From Schizochytrium sp. TIO01 (lineage: Eukaryota > Protista > Bigyra: Labyrinthulomycetes): a stretch of 64,000 bases of DNA. Position 1 is the stretch's first letter. Every line of letters begins with the position of its first letter. Positions 58,630 to 64,000 of the stretch are shown here, piece by piece. Location of the stretch: the NCBI GenBank assembly GCA_004764695.1, contig SMSO01000033.1, positions 62,001 through 126,000 on the forward strand, in the 5' to 3' direction. The position numbers were made by a program, and so were the translations under genes. A model generated the notes under the pieces. That model saw only the letters and a list, made by a program, of their open reading frames with translations, was not told where the DNA came from and did no database searches.

Positions 58630-60798
58630 ATGGACGCCGTGGCGCCGGCGGGACTCGCACAGCGCATCGGCGTCAAGAGACCTCGGCAACAGACCGGCCT
58701 AGGAGCTGAGAACGGCGTCAACGGAGCAGGCACCTCCAATACCTCTAATACCAATACGCTAGGCGCCATGAAGACCAGTATGAGCACCAGCAACTTGAGC
58801 AGTATGGGCGATTTTCACGCCAAGAACGACTTCAAGAGGAGCGCTAGCAGTGGTAACTTGAGCAGTCTCAGTGAAGGAGCTGAGCTCAGCTCTAACAGGC
58901 GCAGACTGGATATCATTAACGAACGTCGTTGGAGCGTTGTGCAGGACCTGGCGCTGGGTTGGGCCGTACGAGGCCAGGTCCTCGAGAACGTGGACTTTGA
59001 AAGCGTCGCTCGTCAACTTGGGCATGAACACTCCGCTCGGGAATGCAGGGAACGTGCAATGGACCTCAAGACAAAGTACCGCAACGCCCCGTGGGAAGAT
59101 CATGAGGACGATCGTCTGCAACATCAAATGAGCCTTCCCGAAAGCTCTCTGGAGGTCATTGCGTCCACAGCGTTTCCATGGCGTACCCCTGACCAAATCA
59201 AGGCACGATGGACGTACCTTCAAGAACAGAAGAAGCAAGAGGAGCAACAAAAGCAGCAGCGGCAGGATGAGCAGCAGAAGAAGTTGCTGGACGCTGCTGA
59301 TGAAGAGCAGAACCGCAAGGCCCAGCAGCAGCAACTGGAGCTCCTACAAAAGCTCCTCATGCAACAGCAGAATCAGCAGCAACACGTCTCCGATGAAGAT
59401 TCGCGCAAGAATGATCTTCTCAGGTCAATTCTCCAGCAAAATCAGCAGCAACAACATCAGCAGAGCCAACAGCAAACCAACTCTCTCGGATTAGAGTCGG
59501 GCTCTTCGCAGGGAACACCACAGCCCATGAGTGGCTTGAGCAAGGATAGCGACGTCTCATCTGCACAGTTTCAGATGCTACAACAATTCAAGGCTGACCA
59601 AGAGAACCTCATGCGAAAGCTTGAACTCAACCAACAGATGAATGCAGTGCTTGTTCAGGAAACTGCCCGTCTTTTTGCGCAATTACAGAAGCAACAGCAG
59701 ACGTCCTCTACTGGCAACACTCAAAACCAAAACATCCATATGGGACCACCCATCTCCGCGAGCAGTAAAAATAACAGTTCAAACAGCCTTAGCTCGCTCG
59801 GCAGTGCCATGGCGTTGCAAGCTCGTCGCCCCTCGGGTGGAGCGTCTCTTGCCACTTCTACCTCTCCTTCCCCAACCCAGACTCCTCCAGACTCACCCAA
59901 ACCGCTTTCCGCATTCTTCTCCCAGGTGCGACAGCAGCAGCAACATCAGCAACAATCCCGGGGAAACTCCAACAACACAGGCGTGCGTCGTAACACTAAC
60001 CCTATCCCCAACACCAGTTGCTCCTCGCTTCCACTGCCAGAGGCCCAGGCCCTCTTTGTGCAACTGCTTGCTTCCCAGCAGCAAAAGCAATCGCCTTCGC
60101 AGCAACAGCAACAGCAGCCCAAGCCATCGCAGCTTTGGGGTAGCAGCAGCTCAACAAGCTCTAACCATGACGCCATGGATACCTCCTCAGATTCTGCTGA
60201 TTCGGCAATCCAATTGAAGCATCACCTTCTCAATCAAATGCTGAACCCAGATCTCCAGCGGACACTCGCATCCCGTGATGCCCAGGCCTACTTAAACCAG
60301 GGTTACTCAGCTGCCAACCAGACCCCCGATAACCAAACCCAGACCTACGGCCTTTTCTCTAATCCAGCAGCTCTTGCTCACGCACTTAGTGCACAAATGC
60401 AGCGCAGCCGCAGCATCAGTTCGAACGATGATGAGATGGAAGATGCTCACTCTGGCAAAGACTTACAGCACAATGTGCCCAAAAGTTACAGTAACGGACG
60501 GCCCATTAGCGGTGCCGTACCCGGCACTGAGAACACAGGCCGCTGGACTACCGAAGAGCACGCTCGCTTCCTTTCTGGTATTGCCAAATATGGTACTAAA
60601 CACTGGACTGCCATTGCTAACGTTGTTAAGACGCGCACCGTCGTCCAAGTGCGCACTCATGCACAAAAGTTCTTCAAGAAGCGCGGAATTTTGCGTCCCA
60701 ATGCAGATCCCGACATGGCTCGTGCCATTGTTGAGGAGAGTGTGGCTGCAATTGCCAATGGCAAATCCCGCTCCCCATCTCCGTCTTCTGACCTTTGA
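58630..60798 (+). CDS. Myb/SANT transcription factor: two degenerate N-terminal Myb repeats, Q-rich linker, C-terminal SHAQKYF-class Myb
   Basis: First ATG at 58630. RWSVVQD...ARECRER, PWEDHED...RTPDQIKARW, and GRWTTEEHARFLSGIAKYGTKHWTAIANVVKTRTVVQVRTHAQKFF. Confidence 0.92.
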   Translation: MDAVAPAGLAQRIGVKRPRQQTGLGAENGVNGAGTSNTSNTNTLGAMKTSMSTSNLSSMGDFHAKNDFKRSASSGNLSSLSEGAELSSNRRRLDIINERRWSVVQDLALGWAVRGQVLENVDFESVARQLGHEHSARECRERAMDLKTKYRNAPWEDHEDDRLQHQMSLPESSLEVIASTAFPWRTPDQIKARWTYLQEQKKQEEQQKQQRQDEQQKKLLDAADEEQNRKAQQQQLELLQKLLMQQQNQQQHVSDEDSRKNDLLRSILQQNQQQQHQQSQQQTNSLGLESGSSQGTPQPMSGLSKDSDVSSAQFQMLQQFKADQENLMRKLELNQQMNAVLVQETARLFAQLQKQQQTSSTGNTQNQNIHMGPPISASSKNNSSNSLSSLGSAMALQARRPSGGASLATSTSPSPTQTPPDSPKPLSAFFSQVRQQQQHQQQSRGNSNNTGVRRNTNPIPNTSCSSLPLPEAQALFVQLLASQQQKQSPSQQQQQQPKPSQLWGSSSSTSSNHDAMDTSSDSADSAIQLKHHLLNQMLNPDLQRTLASRDAQAYLNQGYSAANQTPDNQTQTYGLFSNPAALAHALSAQMQRSRSISSNDDEMEDAHSGKDLQHNVPKSYSNGRPISGAVPGTENTGRWTTEEHARFLSGIAKYGTKHWTAIANVVKTRTVVQVRTHAQKFFKKRGILRPNADPDMARAIVEESVAAIANGKSRSPSPSSDL

Positions 60799-61344
60799 AC
60801 ACCACCACTCCAAGAAGAAGCATATTCGATATTCCCCTTCTTCAGTTGTTCTGCACATTCATAATATACACTTGACTACAATTGAAACCTCCTTCATGAC
60901 AGATAGATAGACTACACATACACACACCCTCTGTACGCGGAATTACTCGCAAATAGCTGCACATGATTCTCGTCCACAAATACACTTTTACTACTAAATA
61001 CACACAAACACAGAATGACCTGCAAATTCTTTCACAAATTATGCATACTGATACAAACCTCATAACAATAATGCTGTTCACTTTTCCAGTTGTTTCTATT
61101 GAAAAGCTTTCCTTGCTTGTTTTGCATCATTCCACAACTCTAGAATTATTAATAGCATACGGTGTGAGCCATATTTGGAAAACGCTCAAACCAAACGGGA
61201 GTTCCAGTTTGTTTCATTATATATTATTGCAGAACATGAATTAAGTTATATTTTTAAAAGCCTTCGGGCCACTATTGCGTAAGACAAGTGCAAATTAAAT
61301 TACAGTGTAAAGTTATAGAAAACATTCAAGCAAAACTGCGTTTT

Positions 61345-62340
61345 TCAACCTTTCCAACTTGCTACGGGCAAGTTTGCTAGAGCTGCATAACGCTTACGCT
61401 TTTCCGCCTGTGTTTCATCGGCCTTTAAAGGGGTAGCTTCGACTTGAGTCGTCTCCATTACGGTAAGTGATTTTTGGGAATCCAATGGCATATCCTGCAT
61501 CTCTCCCAGAGATCTGGAGTCATGTTTTCGTGGAGACGAGGTACGTCTGGATTTACGATCTTTCTTTTTCTTTTCTTTTCTACTCCGCTTGTGTCGACGC
61601 CGCTCTGCGTCTTCATCACTTTCATCCCCAGAGCCAACTTCTTTTCTGCTATCTCTGTGGTGCTTGCGTTTCTTGCTCTTGCTATGCTTACTACTGCTTT
61701 TGTGGTGTTTGTGTGACCTTTTTCGATCCCAACTGCGCTCTTCGGAATCTGCCCTGGATCTCCGGTCAGGATCTTTTTCACTTCGGCTTCGCGATTCGCT
61801 ATGCTCAAGTGATTCTGAATTTGCGACACCGGCAACATCCGCTTCTTGTTGAGCTGCTGTAAATGGATTGACTCCATTTTGCAGTGAATGTTCATTCATG
61901 AGCTCTTTGCCAATGTACGCATGCCCAGGCTCCTGCAATTTCGCGTGCTCTTCTACAGAGAGCTTCGCTTCCTCGTCTTTCTTCTTTTTGGGACGTTCAT
62001 ACCGGGTGTGGTCCACATGTAGTTGGCGCCCCAGAATCGTAGCATTATTGAAGTTGTCCACAGCGAGCACAGTGCTTCTGAAGTCCTCATACTTTAGAAA
62101 CCCGAACCCTCGACTTTCTCCAGTATCCTCGTCGCGAACCAGGTGGAAATCCTCAATCTCGCCATACTGGCTGAAAATGCAGAGAACATCTCCTTCGCTC
62201 AAGTCACGCGAGAGGCCACCAATAAAGATCCACGAGGTATCACGATAGTCCGCATGCCACGAAGCGCGAAGGTCGCCGGCGATGCCACGCTTCAGCTCCT
62301 CGCGATTTAACTCCTCCACAGCGCGACGGTTACCCGCCAT
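61345..62340 (-). CDS. RBMX2: RES-complex RRM splicing factor RBMX2/Snu17/Ist3
   Basis: ATG at 62340. LNREEL..GI.....SWHADYRDTSWIFIGGL...LSEGDVLCIFSQYGEI....LVRDEDTGESRGFGFLKYEDFRSTVLAVDNFN...ILGR...VDH, then a K/R/S-rich tail. Confidence 0.95.
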   Translation of the reverse strand: MAGNRRAVEELNREELKRGIAGDLRASWHADYRDTSWIFIGGLSRDLSEGDVLCIFSQYGEIEDFHLVRDEDTGESRGFGFLKYEDFRSTVLAVDNFNNATILGRQLHVDHTRYERPKKKKDEEAKLSVEEHAKLQEPGHAYIGKELMNEHSLQNGVNPFTAAQQEADVAGVANSESLEHSESRSRSEKDPDRRSRADSEERSWDRKRSHKHHKSSSKHSKSKKRKHHRDSRKEVGSGDESDEDAERRRHKRSRKEKKKKDRKSRRTSSPRKHDSRSLGEMQDMPLDSQKSLTVMETTQVEATPLKADETQAEKRKRYAALANLPVASWKG

Positions 62341-62757
62341 TGCCAGGCAGCCCACCAACCAGGCAGCTGAATAGACTGGCAGACGCAGCAAAGCCCAAGA
62401 AAGAACTTCGATCGCAAGCGAATTGAGGATTGGATTGTGAGTGCCAAAGTTGTCGAGGTTTTCATATGATCCAATCGATTAATTATTTTTTACGGGTTTT
62501 CTATTTATAAATTTTTAAAGTCCTTTGCTCCTTTGCAAGAGAGAGGACATTGCGCTACACAACAGAAGCATTGTGAACACAAAATCATACTTGCGAGGCA
62601 ATAAACCAAATCTTTGTGAGCTGTGGAAAACCACGAGGGGAAAAAATAAAGCTTCAGAGACATGGTTTGCTAATTGTTGAGGAAACGAAAAAAGCACGAA
62701 GTTTTTGTCCATTACTGAATACCTTCAGTGTCCCGCCAAGTATTCTGACTTCAACAT

Positions 62758-63999
62758 CTAAGACTCGCAGCACCCTGACTCAACAGGTATGACCATGCCA
62801 TCTTTTACGCTTCTACTATCATTTTCCAACGTAGGCGTGTTGCTAGTCGTGCTTCTACTATCACTTTCCAATGTAGGCGTGTTGCCAGACGTGCTTCCAT
62901 TATCACTTTCAAATGTAGCCGTGTTGCTACTATTATTTTCAGGTGTAATCTGGACGCTTTCAAGCCCGTTACTTGTTTCGAAATTGCCCAGGTCTCCGAA
63001 CTGAGATTTTATCCATTCTCGGATACATTGGAGTTTCTCATACTCTCCTTCTTGTTCATACTCATGTAGGAGTGGTTTGAGCATATTCATCGTACACTCT
63101 TTTTTCTTGTTATCGTTTACATCAAGAATGTCTTCTAGTGACACTAGAAAATTATCAAGAGCATTTTTTTTCTTTGTCTCCTGGTAGCTTTTCCAAAGCT
63201 TCTTGCATAAAATTCCCAAAATATAGAATACCCCGGTGAAAACCATTTTGTTTTCGGTGAGAAGCTTTTTCCATTCATCAGGTAGACGCATGACTACGCT
63301 ATCCCAAAAGAATTCTTTCGTGAAAGGCTTCTCACCACGAAATATTTCCCATATATCAAAACAAAACTGAGCATTTTCTAGGGCAAAGAAAAAAACTGTT
63401 TTTGCACCCTCGCGTAACCAGGTTATACTACATGGAACATAATCGATAGTCTCGAGATCGTCCAGAGCTTCCTCCATAAGATCCATGCAGAAACGAATGT
63501 AGTCCCATTCTACAGGATAATCTGGAGCCTCTGGAAGTGGATCCTTGAACTTTTCTCTAGCATTGCAAAAAAATGACCTGTTCATGAAACTCAAAAGCCA
63601 GTCGACCCGGAAACAAACTGCTATATCATGGGTCGAAAATTGTCCCTCACTAGGTTCTACGGAGTTGACTTTACCAATCAAACAGTAAAGAACTCCTCTC
63701 TCGTCAAGAATGGGTCGACCTGAGTGTCCTAACTGAATTTGAAAGGGAGTTTCAATTTGGGCAATCGGAGAGTTCATACCTTGAGAATTCGTAGATGATC
63801 TTTTCCTCTTCAAGGACATGTCCCGTCTGTAAGATGGAGCCTTGCTACGTTCGATATCACGCCATGGAACATTAAAGGATTGACCAAGCGTTGGATCGTC
63901 GTCGCTAACCCTTTTTGCAATCGAAGCTTTAAACATCACGCGCAGCTTAGGTACATCCTTCTTGAAGAAATGGACATAGTAAATTGAGAAGTCAAATTC
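62758..63999 (-). CDS. 3' part of an uncharacterised AT-rich gene (frame open to the window end) with a C-terminal 14-aa repeat
   Basis: Stop-free from 63999 (EFDFSIYYVHFFKKDVPKLRVMFKAS...) to the stop at 62758. Three 42-bp NTPTLESDSRSTTS-like units at ~62810-62930. Confidence 0.75.
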   Translation of the reverse strand, partial: EFDFSIYYVHFFKKDVPKLRVMFKASIAKRVSDDDPTLGQSFNVPWRDIERSKAPSYRRDMSLKRKRSSTNSQGMNSPIAQIETPFQIQLGHSGRPILDERGVLYCLIGKVNSVEPSEGQFSTHDIAVCFRVDWLLSFMNRSFFCNAREKFKDPLPEAPDYPVEWDYIRFCMDLMEEALDDLETIDYVPCSITWLREGAKTVFFFALENAQFCFDIWEIFRGEKPFTKEFFWDSVVMRLPDEWKKLLTENKMVFTGVFYILGILCKKLWKSYQETKKKNALDNFLVSLEDILDVNDNKKKECTMNMLKPLLHEYEQEGEYEKLQCIREWIKSQFGDLGNFETSNGLESVQITPENNSSNTATFESDNGSTSGNTPTLESDSRSTTSNTPTLENDSRSVKDGMVIPVESGCCES

Positions 64000-64000
64000 G

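Overview
Eukaryotic protist DNA. It has long single-exon genes, dense microsatellites and a GTAAG/CTAAC/AG intron. This style suggests a stramenopile, probably a thraustochytrid/labyrinthulomycete (inference). There are eight probable genes: a partial mitochondrial frataxin-like gene, a 37-aa-repeat protein, an ankyrin-DHHC palmitoyltransferase with a DHFC site, a Q/H-rich WGQFVD protein, a PTP/DSP phosphatase, a multi-Myb transcription factor, RBMX2/Snu17, and a partial orphan. The main signal the ORF track misses is two decayed, same-orientation copies (~8.5-9.3 kb and ~15.46-16.09 kb) of an IS607-type transposon. Each has a serine-recombinase TnpA N-terminus joined, through the same internal deletion, to the C-terminal half of a Fanzor2/TnpB RNA-guided nuclease. 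Each is followed by a 3' non-coding segment whose stem-loops are kept in both copies (candidate omega-RNA). Copy 2 sits next to a pseudogenised A22/RuvC-like Holliday-junction-resolvase fragment and an atypical kinase fragment, consistent with degraded giant-virus-like DNA. Two long microsatellite-rich gene deserts lie upstream of the putative regulatory genes. All assignments come from manual translation and motif recognition; no searches were run.
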